Source: Ostreococcus lucimarinus (taxonomy: Eukaryota). Taken from it: DNA of 64,000 nucleotides. This document shows positions 50,779 to 60,830 of this stretch, in pieces. Every line of letters begins with the position of its first letter. Position 1 is the first letter of the stretch. Under the pieces are notes generated by a model, which had not been told where the DNA came from, ran no database searches, and saw nothing but the letters and a program-made list of their open reading frames with translations. The position numbers were made by a program, and so were the translations under genes. Where the stretch lies: the NCBI GenBank assembly GCA_000092065.1, contig CP000590.1; one strand, 5' to 3'.

Positions 50779-52113
50779 CTACACAGAGAGCGTACCTTTG
50801 CTCGACGCCACGGAGCCCGCGCGTCGCGGATCAATCGCCGCGCACTGTCGCAAGCACTTACCGAAAGCCTTCGCCGCGGCTGTGGCAACTTCGGCTTCGT
50901 CCGCGCCGCGCGCGTGCTCGACCAAGTGCACCGTCATTTGCCCGTTGAACGTCAAACTCATGAACATGTGCTCGACCATCTCCACGCTGAGGTCGCCCAC
51001 TTTGTCGCTCTCGAGCTCGAGTCCGTACCCCAAGTACGGGCGATTGCTAAGATCCATGACGCACTCCACCGTGGCCTCACCCTCGGTGGACATCGCGCTC
51101 CCCATGCGATTACACCCTTTCTTAGTCCCCAGCGCCTTGTTCAGCGCTTGGCCGACGGCGATGGACACGTCTTCCGCCGTGTGGTGGTCGTCTATCCACA
51201 AGTCTCCCGTGGCGGCGATGTTCAGCGCCACCCCGGCTTCGCGTTGAATCGCGGTGAACAATCCATCGAGGGCGACGATACCGGTGCTGATCTTCGATCC
51301 CTCGACGTCATCGCGACTGGCGTCTAAATCCAGCTTCACGTCGATGGACGTCTCCTTCGTCGAGCGTTGAATCGCGCTTCGCCGCGTCTCCTCGCTCGCG
51401 GCGGCGCCCGCGTACACGTCGATCCCTTCCGCCGCGTCCATCGCCGCGCGAACCCCCCGCGCGAACGCCTTGAACGTCGATTCGACGATATGATGCGCGT
51501 TATCCCCGCGCTCTTTCACCAACCGCACGCTCACCCCCGCTTCCTCCGCTAACGCTCGCCAAAACGTCTCCGTGAGCGCCGTCGGATACGTCCCGATGCT
51601 CGCGCGTCCCGCCGTCCCCGGCTTCCCATACGGCGCCAGCGCGAACGTCTCCAGCCCTCGCTCGCCGTACAGCTCGATCCCACACGTCGCGTACGCCTCG
51701 TCCAACGGCGCCGCGAACCGCGCCTTCGCCCGCTCCCCGGCGCCTCTCCCGTCTCCCAGCGTCTCTCGCAGCGCCGCGCCCAGCGCCGCGCCCGCGCACC
51801 GAAACGCCTCCTCGTCGCTCACCCCTCCCGCGTCGCGCGCCTCCTCGCACGTCACCCCGCGTCGCGTCAGCACGCAGTGCACGCCCAACTGCGCGTGCGC
51901 GGTGAGCTGATCGATCATGTGATCCAGGAACGGCGCGCCCGTCGCGATCGTCCCGCGCGCGCCGTTCGCATCGATCACCGCGACGCCCTGGACGTCCCCG
52001 CACGCGCGCTCCGCGCGTCCGACCGCCCACGGCGACGTCGCGCGCGTTCGCGCGCGTCGTCTCCCGGCGTCGCGGCGTCGCGGCGCGCACGGCGCGAGGC
52101 GCAGCGTCGCCAT
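50779..52113 (-). CDS. HISN5: Imidazoleglycerol-phosphate dehydratase, with two tandem IGPD domains in one chain and a presequence
   Basis: ATG at 52113 (MATLRLAPCAPRRRDAGRRRARTRATSPWAV...). Copy 1 has ...GAPFLDHMIDQLTAHAQLG...GDGRGAGERAKARFAAPLDEAYATCGIELYGERG...DNAHHIVESTFKAFARGVRAA. Copy 2 has RSTKETSIDVKLDLD...GIVALDGLFTAIQ...GDLWIDDHHTAEDVSIAVGQALNKALG...MDLSNRPYLGYGLE...VEMVEHMFMSL...KAFGKCLRQCAAIDPRRAGSVASSKGTLSV. Both align along their full length with plant IGPD (GRIGEVKRVTKET...FLDHML...IDDHHTNED...DLSGRPYLGY...VEHFF...NSHHIIEATFKAF...DPRRGGTIPSSKG). Confidence 0.7.
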   Translation of the reverse strand: MATLRLAPCAPRRRDAGRRRARTRATSPWAVGRAERACGDVQGVAVIDANGARGTIATGAPFLDHMIDQLTAHAQLGVHCVLTRRGVTCEEARDAGGVSDEEAFRCAGAALGAALRETLGDGRGAGERAKARFAAPLDEAYATCGIELYGERGLETFALAPYGKPGTAGRASIGTYPTALTETFWRALAEEAGVSVRLVKERGDNAHHIVESTFKAFARGVRAAMDAAEGIDVYAGAAASEETRRSAIQRSTKETSIDVKLDLDASRDDVEGSKISTGIVALDGLFTAIQREAGVALNIAATGDLWIDDHHTAEDVSIAVGQALNKALGTKKGCNRMGSAMSTEGEATVECVMDLSNRPYLGYGLELESDKVGDLSVEMVEHMFMSLTFNGQMTVHLVEHARGADEAEVATAAAKAFGKCLRQCAAIDPRRAGSVASSKGTLSV

Positions 52114-52137
52114 TCGTCGACGCGTCGCTCTTTGCCG

Positions 52138-52806
52138 ATGCACGCGGGGACGCCCTCGGCCGAGGGCGCGCACGCGCTGCTGTGCGTCGCGCTCGCGTGC
52201 GTGATGAGCGCGCGAACGTTTCGCGACGCGCTCGCGCGCGACGCGCGCGACGCGACGCCGCGGGCGCGAGAGGCGCGCGCGTGGGTCGCGGGAGGGGTGC
52301 TGTGTGTGTTCACAGTGAGCTATTGGATTTTGGCGCGCGGAGAAGGCGCCGCGGCGAAAGCGCGGGCGCCGGGAACGGCGGCGCACGTCGCGTGGACGCT
52401 CGCGCCGTCGAACGCGATGTATGTGATCGCGATGGCGCGACGAGGGGGGATGACGCGGCGAGGGACGGCGTACATGGTGAGCGGCGCGTGCGCGAGCGCC
52501 GTCGGCGCGATTACGGGACGGCGAAGCGCGGGACGAATGGCGGCGCTGTGCGCGGGATTCGCGACGACGAGGACGGGAGAGGGAGATTGGCGCGCGTTCG
52601 GGATTGCGATGACGTGGTACGTCGCGCTGAGGTTGTGCGTGGAGGATGGGGAGGAGGTGTATTTTGTGAACTGGGCGGGGACGATTTTGTGCGAGACGGC
52701 GGCGCTCGCCATGGTCAAGTTCGGCAAGTTCGGCAAGTTCGGCGGCGCGGGGAAGCGCGCGGGCGGTCTCGCTTCGGGTGGAGTCGAGACGAAGAAGGCG
52801 CGGTAG
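52138..52806 (+). CDS. Small multi-pass membrane protein, family not recognised
   Basis: ATG at 52138 (MHAGTPSAEGAHALLCVALACVMS...). It has about 4-5 hydrophobic segments and a C-terminal FGKFGKFGG tail. It starts only 25 bp from the divergent IGPD ATG (52113). Confidence 0.4.
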   Translation: MHAGTPSAEGAHALLCVALACVMSARTFRDALARDARDATPRAREARAWVAGGVLCVFTVSYWILARGEGAAAKARAPGTAAHVAWTLAPSNAMYVIAMARRGGMTRRGTAYMVSGACASAVGAITGRRSAGRMAALCAGFATTRTGEGDWRAFGIAMTWYVALRLCVEDGEEVYFVNWAGTILCETAALAMVKFGKFGKFGGAGKRAGGLASGGVETKKAR

Positions 52807-52858
52807 TTAGCGATCGTGTTTTATTCAATGTCATTAAATGTAGCGCGTCGTGACGGCA

Positions 52859-54676
52859 TCATTGCGGTCGACTGTCGATTTCTTTGTAGAGCGCGTTGAG
52901 CAGAGCCACTCCATAGCCAGAACCTAAACCGTCTTTAAAGTTACCAGGACCAGCCATGTCGAGGTGAATCCAAGCCGTGTCATCGCGAGCGACCCAGTCT
53001 GGGTGTAAGTGATTGGCGATGAATTGACCGGCGCAGCTCGATTGCGCGTTGGCGCGGTCGGCGACGGAGTTTTTCATGTCGGCGACTTTGGAACTGAACT
53101 CACTCTTGAACATTTCCGGAGCGTAGGGCAGGGCGTGCGCCAGATCTCCGGTGATTCTGCCCAATCGCACGATGGTGTGCTCCATGTCTTCGCTATCGGT
53201 CACAAGTCCGGCGTGTTTACGCCCGGTGGCGATCATTTGCGCTCCGGTGAGCGTGGCCATGTCGACGATGATGCGCGGCTTGCACGCGGCGTTCGCGGGA
53301 TCGGAGCAATACGCGACGCCGTCCGCGAGCACGAGGCGCCCTTCGGCGTCGGTGTTGTTGATTTCCACTGTCTTTCCGCTCTTGCCGACGAGAATGTCAT
53401 CCGGGCGAATCGCGCCCGAGCCAATTGCGTTTTCGGCGATGCACAGCACGAGGTCGAGTGGCGTCTTGAAATTCGATTCGGCGTCCTCGCGAGCGATGGA
53501 CTCAAACGCGCACAGCATACCCGCGGCACCGCCCATGTCCGTCTTCATACCGCACATGCCGTCTTTAGATTTCAGCGAAAGCCCACCGGTGTCGAACGTG
53601 ATACCCTTGCCCACGAACGCGATGGACGGCGCGTCCGGGTCGACGCAACCTTTCGGCGTAAATCGCAAGTGCACGAGCGCGGGATCACGACCGTCGCGAC
53701 TCGAAGCGCTTCCGACGCCCGCCAGACATCCGTAGCCCTCCTCGACGAGTTGCGCGTAACGTTTAATCTCGACAACCTTAACGCTCGCGCCGAGCTCGCC
53801 CGCGACGACCTTCGCCTCGTCCACAAACGCGTCCGGCGACAGCTCGTTTGGCGCCATGTCGACGAGCGCCTGGCATCTGCGCACCGCCTTTGGCAACGAC
53901 CGCGTCTCCGCCCCGTTCCAAATCTCCCCTCCGCACACGACGCCCACGTACACTTCCCCGTCCACAACCGCGTCCGCCGCTCGAAACTTATTCGTATACG
54001 GCGCACTAATCCTCGCCAACGCCGCCAACGCCCCGACGCGGTGCGCCTCCTCGTCCACCGCCGCGAGCACCACCGCTCTTCTCTTCTTCCGATCCCCTAT
54101 CGCCGCTTTCGCCGCCGCCGTCATCGCGTGCGCGGCGATCGGCGAATTATGTCTCGACATCTTCGATTTCTCCGGCATCACGCACACGACGAGCTCCAAC
54201 AGTCCCTCGTCGTCCTCGCTCGCCGTCTCGAGCACCGTGCTCCGCGTCGCGTTCGCGTCGAGGCTCTCGACCAATCGCTCGAACGTCCGCGCTGCGCGCT
54301 CGTTCGTCCCGAACGCGCGCCGCGCGAACGCGCCGTTCTCGAGCAGCGCATCTTTCGCGCCGACGACGACCCATTTCGCGTCGTTCGTGCGCCGCGCGGC
54401 GTCGCAATCGTCGTTCGTTTCGATCGTTTTCAGCGTCGACGCGCCGCGCCATCGGTCGTCGTGATGCGTCGTGGACATGCGCACGCGCGCGGAGGAGGCT
54501 CGACGCGAACGAACGCGGTGTGCGCGCGCGGTGTGCGCGCGGTGAGCGATTCGGGAGGGCGCGAAGGGCGCGCGGGCGCGCATGCGCCGTGGTGTGAGGC
54601 GGCGAGGGCGGCGCGCGCGGCGGCGTCGGCAACCGCCGCGAGCGCCGAGGAGAGCGAGTCGCGTGAGTTGAGTCAT
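52859..54676 (-). CDS. Leucyl aminopeptidase (M17 family), presequence-bearing
   Basis: ATG at 54676. The M17 catalytic region is VGKGITFDTGGLSLK...MKTDMGGAAG...NTDAEGRLVLADGVAYC (the NTDAEGRL signature)...LTGAQMIA. The N-terminus is R-rich. Confidence 0.75.
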   Translation of the reverse strand: MTQLTRLALLGARGGCRRRRARRPRRLTPRRMRARAPFAPSRIAHRAHTARAHRVRSRRASSARVRMSTTHHDDRWRGASTLKTIETNDDCDAARRTNDAKWVVVGAKDALLENGAFARRAFGTNERAARTFERLVESLDANATRSTVLETASEDDEGLLELVVCVMPEKSKMSRHNSPIAAHAMTAAAKAAIGDRKKRRAVVLAAVDEEAHRVGALAALARISAPYTNKFRAADAVVDGEVYVGVVCGGEIWNGAETRSLPKAVRRCQALVDMAPNELSPDAFVDEAKVVAGELGASVKVVEIKRYAQLVEEGYGCLAGVGSASSRDGRDPALVHLRFTPKGCVDPDAPSIAFVGKGITFDTGGLSLKSKDGMCGMKTDMGGAAGMLCAFESIAREDAESNFKTPLDLVLCIAENAIGSGAIRPDDILVGKSGKTVEINNTDAEGRLVLADGVAYCSDPANAACKPRIIVDMATLTGAQMIATGRKHAGLVTDSEDMEHTIVRLGRITGDLAHALPYAPEMFKSEFSSKVADMKNSVADRANAQSSCAGQFIANHLHPDWVARDDTAWIHLDMAGPGNFKDGLGSGYGVALLNALYKEIDSRPQ

Positions 54677-54716
54677 CGGGGATGAAATGAAAGCTACGCG
54701 CCGTGCGTCGCGAGCG

Positions 54717-55559
54717 CTAAGGAGAGTAATCGTCGATCGTGGTGGTGGTGTCGTCGGTGGAATCGGCGCGCTGGGGGTCGTCGGCGACGGCGTCTCGCGC
54801 TTCTTCGGCCGGCGCTTCGGCGGCGTCGAGGAGCACGGCGCCGCACTCGCCGACGCGCGAGGGGTCCACGGGGATGCCGTTTCCGACGACGTCGTCGCGC
54901 CAGCATCCGCTAAAATACGTCTCAGATGCGCGCGCGGCGTCGAGCTCGGGCTTCAGCGCGGCGTAGAGCGCGGCGTGATCGCCGAGCACGCGGCCCTTCT
55001 TATCGACGCGGACATCGTACTTTCGGCCGTGGGAACCCAGGCGCAGCGAGACGGTTTCGAGGTTGACGCGCTCGACCGTCGCCGTAGCTGGGTATATCAC
55101 CAAGTGCTTGGACGTATCTGAATCGTACGAAACGCAGTAACCATCCGACCAGCTGGCTTCGCTCGATGGGTTGTCGTCTTCCCAAAGTACGCTGACGAAG
55201 TACCCCACCCAACGACGCCCTTTTGGCTTGACGACGACGGGTTTCGTGTTCAGCCCGCCGACGTGTTCGCCGTACAGCGTGGAAACCCGCACCCCGTGTG
55301 GTGGGTGCGCGGTGGCACGCATGGATTCAGGCAACAGTACCCAACGTCGCAAGTCGTCGAGAACCGTTTCGAGTTCATCGCTCGAAATGGTTTCGACTTT
55401 GCGCTCTCGTCGCGAATTCTCAAGCGCCTTTTTCACCTCCAGACGACTCGACTTCTTCCTCGCCGTGCTTTCCCACGCAATCCGTTCTTGTTCCGCACGC
55501 GCTCTGGCATCGCTTCTGGCTTGGACGCGCTCCAGCTCTGCCAGCTGCTGCTTCATGCG

Positions 55560-55604
<45 letters not shown>

Positions 55605-56021
55605 TGCCAACTCTTTCTTGTTCGTCGTGTTCTGCAACGTGTTCTTCAACGCGATGACTTCCAACAGAGTCACGAACGGCGTCGACCAAAGTGGATCCGC
55701 GCGCGCTCTCGGGCCTGCGTCCGCCGCCACCTTTTCAGCTCGGCAAATCCGAGCGTCCAACGCCGAGACGTAGTACGCGCGACCCTTAGCGTCGTATCCG
55801 ATCGGCTCGCCGTGCACGCCGCGCTTACACATCTGAAGCTGTTCGACTTTATTTCGCCGTCGCGCCTTGTCAAACTCATCCGAGCACTGTTCCGCGACGT
55901 TAGAAAACGAGCGAGACTCGACCAAATCCTCGCACAACCGGTACAACACTTCTAATCGCGCCAGCGCGTCGATGTCGAAAAATCCCGCCTCATCGTCCAC
56001 GCCGTCGCCCAATATCTCACG

Positions 56022-56066
<45 letters not shown>

Positions 56067-56492
56067 CGTCTCGCCGTGTCCCAACGCGCTCGGCGCCGGC
56101 GCCCACACGCGCAAGAAAAAATCTAAAATCCACGCGTGCTCGCGCGGTTCGCACAGCGCGCGTTCCCACGCCTCCCCATCCTTCCTCGGCATCCACATCG
56201 CCTCGAACGTCTCACAAAAGCTCTGCAAGGCGTAAAACTTGTGTTCGCTTCGCAGCGCCACGACGCGTTCGCGCATCTCTTTCCCCATGTTTCGCGTCGA
56301 CGCCGTCGACGACCCTCGCGCGTCGCGTCCCTTCGCCTCCTTCGCCGTCCCACGCGCGCCGTTCCTCGCGCCGCGCGCGCCGCGTCCACCGCGCGCACCG
56401 CGCCCGCGTCCCGCACCGCGTCCATCGCGCGCGCCGCGCGCGTCCGGCGTCGCGTCCGTTTTCATCTTTTTCGTCGCCGGCGCGCGCGGCAT
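54717..56492 (-). CDS. Chromatin-associated protein with DDT/WHIM-like helical region and a C-terminal beta-barrel reader-like segment
   Basis: ATG at 56492. The N-terminus is basic G/R-rich. HKFYALQSFCETFEAMW...WILDFFLRVW...LEVLYRLCEDL is a DDT-like helical pattern, and WVGYFVSVLWEDDNPSSEASWSDGYCVSYDSDTSKHLVIYPATATVERVNLETV is a Tudor/Agenet/BAH-like barrel. Weak assignment. Confidence 0.35.
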
Positions 56493-56677
56493 CGCGCTCG
56501 AAGCGATCGACGCCGCGCGCGCGTCCGATCGCGTCGTCGGCGCGGCGCGACGCCGACGACGCGTCGACGCGCGCGCGACCGCTCGCGCGGCCGACCGCGC
56601 GCCGTCGTCGCGCTGTGCGGCGCCGCGACGGCGCGCGACGTCGACGACGCGGAACGCCGCACACGCGCGCGCACGCG

Positions 56678-57247
56678 ATGCCGACGCTCGCGCGCGCGAC
56701 GCCGATGGCGCGCGCGATGACGCTCGCGCGCGCGCCGTCGTCCGCGACGCGCGCGCGCGCGACGGCGACGCGCCGCGGCGCGACGACGCGCGAGACGACG
56801 ACGATGCGGCGCGACGAGAGATCGAACGCGACGGCGACGACGCGGGAGAGCGACGACGCGCGACGCGATCGAACGCTGGCGCTCACGGCGCTCGCGGCGT
56901 GCGTCATCGCGAGCGGATGCGCGGACGGCGCGGACGCGATCGCGGCGATGGCGGGGACGATGGCGGACGGCGCGGATAACTCGGCGGCGGCGACGACGAC
57001 GCCGAACGAATTGTTCGCGCTCGCGGGCGGGGAGGTGCCGTTTTGGGCGAACATGGTCAAGTACGCGCGATTTTCGATCAGCATCATGGTCGGATTCGCG
57101 TACATGTTCGGAAGGCCGGTGGCGGCGCTGCTGAAGAAGCCGCAGACGGCGGCGGCGGTGGTCGCGGTGGGCGCGGGAGGGTACGTGTTCTTTAAGTTTA
57201 CGATCGAAACCATGCTCGGGATGAACGATCCGTCGACCATGGGCTAG
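56678..57247 (+). CDS. Ycf33/DUF751-like small thylakoid-type protein with a transit peptide
   Basis: ATG at 56678 (MPTLARATPMARAMTLARAPSSATRARATATRR...). The C-terminal EVPFWANMVKYARFSISIMVGFAYMFGRPVAALLKK matches the cyanobacterial/plastid Ycf33 core (..FW.NV.RFPRFFISS..GLI....P). Confidence 0.4.
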   Translation: MPTLARATPMARAMTLARAPSSATRARATATRRGATTRETTTMRRDERSNATATTRESDDARRDRTLALTALAACVIASGCADGADAIAAMAGTMADGADNSAAATTTPNELFALAGGEVPFWANMVKYARFSISIMVGFAYMFGRPVAALLKKPQTAAAVVAVGAGGYVFFKFTIETMLGMNDPSTMG

Positions 57248-57260
57248 GGTTGGGTTGTAA

Positions 57261-57310
<50 letters not shown>

Positions 57311-57330
57311 AGGCTGCGAGAGCGAGAAGG

Positions 57331-58995
57331 TTAAAAACGTTGCCACTCGATTTCGCCGACGGCGACGGGGGGCGCGGTGTTTTCGACGTCGTCGCTGAAA
57401 TGCGCCGCGCCGATGCGAGCGCGCCACGGCGCGAATGCGCGTTTCACGCGCCACGTATCTGCGAGTTCCATTGCGGCGTATCGTCGTCGCTGCGCGAAGA
57501 CGAAGGAGCGCCACATCGCAAAGCAATTCGCGTCCAGATACTTGTCGCTGAACGTGATCGCTTGTGAATCGCGGTAAAACGTCGCGCGCGCGTTCAGTTG
57601 TGACGCGTGTTCCTTCATTGATCTCCAATGCGCGAATACGCGTGTTTTTAGTGACCTGTTCTCTCGTTTCGCTTGACTCGTCGCCGCTCGCCAGGCGTAA
57701 AACGCGCTCGCCGCGAGCGACAGGCGATGAAATTTTGCCGCACGCGCCAGCTCGGCTCGGTGCTCTTTCGCGGCCCAGACGACCGCACACCACCGCGCAA
57801 AGGCGCCGACCGTGACACGCGCGTCGTCGTAGCTTGAAGCGAATCGCATGCGCTCGCGCTCTCGTCTCTCGTCTCGCACTCGTCGACGCCAACGCGAAAA
57901 TTTTACCGCGACGACGGCACGTTCGGCGCGACGTTCGGCGTGAATGACTCTTACACGCCACACACGCGTGACCGACCGTTTGACGTAGCGCTGGCGAGCG
58001 AGACGTGCGGCATCGATCGCGCGTCGCTCAGATTTCCACGCCCGCGCGACCGCAGACCAAGTATCCAGCGCCGTCGACTCGAGTTTGATTCGTCGCCACA
58101 CGTCCGCGCTCTCGCGCGCAACGCGCGCTCTCGCGCGCGAACGCCACGCGTTAAACGCCGCGAGCATCGCTCGACGGTTTCGTCGCGTTTGAGTCTGCCT
58201 GAAGGCTTCGAGTCGTCTCGCCGCGTCGTCTCGCGCGATTCGCGCCCACGCGCGAGCGACCGCTCGGCCCGTGGTCGCGAGCTCGCGTCGAGCGCGCTTC
58301 GCCGCGAACGCGCGCAATCGCACACGTTTGCGCGCATTCGTGCGCCACGCGCCAATCGCCGCCAGAGCCATCTTGCGCGCGCGGCGGCCGGTGGAGAAAG
58401 CGCACAACGACTCGATTTCGCGTTCTCTCGCTCGCCGATACTTTTCCTTCACCGCCTCGCGTCTCCACGCCGCGAACGCGCGCTTAATGGCGTTCATTTC
58501 GCACAACGCTCGAGCGATGAGCTCGCTCTCGTCGTCGTCGAGCGTGGCGCCTTCCGAATCCGCTCCCGTCGGCGTCGCGACTCGCGCGCCGTCGCCCACC
58601 GTCGTCTCCAAATACGCCTCGTCGTCCACCGCCACCAGCGCCTCGATCGAGCTCATCTCGCGCGTCGTCGCCGATTCGCCCGCCCCCCTCGCCTCCCCCC
58701 GCGCCGCGCCGCGCTCCAACGCCGCCGCCTTTTCCTCCCACGTCGTCTCGACGTCCAGCCCGAGCGCGAACGCCATCGCCCTCGCGCGCCCTCGCGCCGC
58801 CGCGTCCGCCCCTCGCGCCCGCCTGACCTCCTCGTCCACCGCCGCGCACACGTCCCGCAGTCTCGGCTCGCGCGCGCGTCCGCTCGCGTCGCGCGCGCGT
58901 CGCACGCCGCGCGCGACGACGCGCTCGAGCCAAACGGCCTCGCCGTTCGCGTCCGCGTCCGCGTTCGCGTCGCTCGCGCGCGCGCGCGCCGCCAT
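57331..58995 (-). CDS. Sfi1-like centrin-binding repeat protein
   Basis: ATG at 58995. It has about 15 repeats of roughly 23-33 aa, each with a conserved Trp (AFAAWRREAVKEKYRRARE..., LAAIGAWRTNARKRVRLRAF..., AAFNAWRSRARARVARE..., FSRWRRRVRDE..., AFYAWRAATSQAK..., VFAHWRSMKEH...). This is the Sfi1 AX7LLX3F/LX2W(K/R) architecture. Confidence 0.5.
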   Translation of the reverse strand: MAARARASDANADADANGEAVWLERVVARGVRRARDASGRAREPRLRDVCAAVDEEVRRARGADAAARGRARAMAFALGLDVETTWEEKAAALERGAARGEARGAGESATTREMSSIEALVAVDDEAYLETTVGDGARVATPTGADSEGATLDDDESELIARALCEMNAIKRAFAAWRREAVKEKYRRAREREIESLCAFSTGRRARKMALAAIGAWRTNARKRVRLRAFAAKRARRELATTGRAVARAWARIARDDAARRLEAFRQTQTRRNRRAMLAAFNAWRSRARARVARESADVWRRIKLESTALDTWSAVARAWKSERRAIDAARLARQRYVKRSVTRVWRVRVIHAERRAERAVVAVKFSRWRRRVRDERRERERMRFASSYDDARVTVGAFARWCAVVWAAKEHRAELARAAKFHRLSLAASAFYAWRAATSQAKRENRSLKTRVFAHWRSMKEHASQLNARATFYRDSQAITFSDKYLDANCFAMWRSFVFAQRRRYAAMELADTWRVKRAFAPWRARIGAAHFSDDVENTAPPVAVGEIEWQRF

Positions 58996-59138
58996 CTCGC
59001 GCTATCGCGTCGTCGCGTCGCGATCGCGCGTCGTCGCGCCCATCGCCGCGCGTCGCCGTCGCGCGCGCGCGTCGCGGTGCGCCGTCGCGTCGCGTCGCGC
59101 GTCCGCACTCGTCGTCTTCCGCGCTCGACGACGACGCC

Positions 59139-59885
59139 ATGGCGCCGATCGCGCGCGTCGCCGTGCTGTTCGCCATGGACGCCGAGGCGCGACCGCTGAT
59201 CGACGCCCTCGGGCTGACGCTCGACGCCGACGCGTTCGCGCGCGTCGGCGGCGACGTCCCCATGCGCGTGTACTCGGGAACGCTGAAGTCGGGCGCGCGC
59301 GTCGACGTCGTCTGCGCGGGGTCGTGCGCGAGGCACAACGTGTGCAACGTCGGCACGGTCGGCGCGGCGCTGTCGACGTACGAGACGTGCGCGACGCTGC
59401 GACCGGACGTGATCGTGAACGCGGGCACGGCGGGAGGGTTCGCGAAGCGCGGCGGCGAGGTCGGCGACGTCTACGTGGCGACGAAGTTTAAGAATCACGA
59501 TCGACGAATACCGATCCCTGGATACGATAAATACGGCGTCGGTGAGTACGATGCGTGGCCGACGCCGCGGTTGATCGAGGCGCTGGGATGCAAGACCGGG
59601 GTGGTGTGCACGGGGAACTCTCTGGACGCCACGGAGACGTGCCGAGCGCTGCTGGACGAGTTCGAGTGCAGCGTGAAGGAGATGGAGGCGGCGGCGATCG
59701 CGCACGTCGCGCACCTATTTAACGTGCCCGTGATCGCGGTGAAGACGATCACGGACATCGTGGACGGGCCGCAGGCGACGGAGGAGGAGTTTTTGCGAAA
59801 TTTATCGTCGGCGGCGGACGCGCTGCGCGACGTCGTGCCGCGCGTCGTCGAATTCCTCGACGGCAAGTCCGTGGACGAGCTGTGA
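59139..59885 (+). CDS. MTN: 5'-methylthioadenosine / S-adenosylhomocysteine nucleosidase (MTAN, PNP_UDP_1 family)
   Basis: ATG at 59139. VLFAMDAEARPL (AMEEE motif), VIVNAGTAGGF (NTGSAGG), VKEMEAAAIAHVAHLFNVPVIAVKTITD (EMEATAIAHV...ISD). It is divergent from the Sfi1-like gene, with 144 bp between ATGs. Confidence 0.75.
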   Translation: MAPIARVAVLFAMDAEARPLIDALGLTLDADAFARVGGDVPMRVYSGTLKSGARVDVVCAGSCARHNVCNVGTVGAALSTYETCATLRPDVIVNAGTAGGFAKRGGEVGDVYVATKFKNHDRRIPIPGYDKYGVGEYDAWPTPRLIEALGCKTGVVCTGNSLDATETCRALLDEFECSVKEMEAAAIAHVAHLFNVPVIAVKTITDIVDGPQATEEEFLRNLSSAADALRDVVPRVVEFLDGKSVDEL

Positions 59886-60029
59886 GGGTCGGCGTTTCCG
59901 TCGTCACGGAGTCGATTCGAGCGCGCGTCGCGAGCCGGTGTTGTTGTAGTGAGACGATAGAACCAGTCGTCCGTCCTTCGTCCGCGCGTCCCGCGCGTCC
60001 CGAGACGGTTAGGCGGCCGGCGTCAAACC

Positions 60030-60785
60030 ATGCCTCGCGACGCCTCGCCGCGCGCGTACGACGCCCTCGATGTCGCCGTGACGCTGCTGAAGAAGCGCGA
60101 GGGCATCGATAAGACGCTGAAACTCGCGCGCTACGCCGCGCTGTTCGCGCTCGGCGAAGCGAAAGCGCGCGCGAGGCCGAGCGCCGAGTCGAGCGAGTTC
60201 GTGCGCGCGACGACGGCGCTGGAGCGCTCGATCGGCGACGCGAGGCGCGCGTACAGGCTGGGAAAATTTTTGGGTAACGTTCGGGACTTTCGCGATGAGG
60301 TGCGGGAGAACGAGGGCGCGGGCAAGCGCGGCCGCGCGCGATGGCTCACGGCGGCGGCGGCGTGCGCGGCGCTCGAGGGCGCGTACTACTTCATCGAACA
60401 GGGCGTGTGGTTGAGCAAGGCGGGGGTGGCGATGCGACGACGATCGACGCTTGAACGGTTGGTGCGCTGGAGCGCGCGGGCGGAGGTTGCGTCGTACGCG
60501 TTTTCAATCGCGTGTTCGCGCGAGGACTGGCTCGAGGCGGACGCCGCGGCGAGAGCGGCGAGAGCGCGATTGAGGGACGTCGAGACGGCTAAAGCGAGCG
60601 CGCTCGAGCGTGGAGATGACGAAGACGTCGTTATTAGTTTGACGGCAGACGTGAACGAGGCGGAGAAGGCGAAGCGCAAGGCTGTGCTGGCGATTTGTCA
60701 AGACGTCGCCGACGGCGTCTTGTCGTTTGAGGACGCCGTCGACGTCGCCGGGTTCGAAATCCCGAACGAACGCCTCGTCAATTTC

Positions 60786-60830
<45 letters not shown>

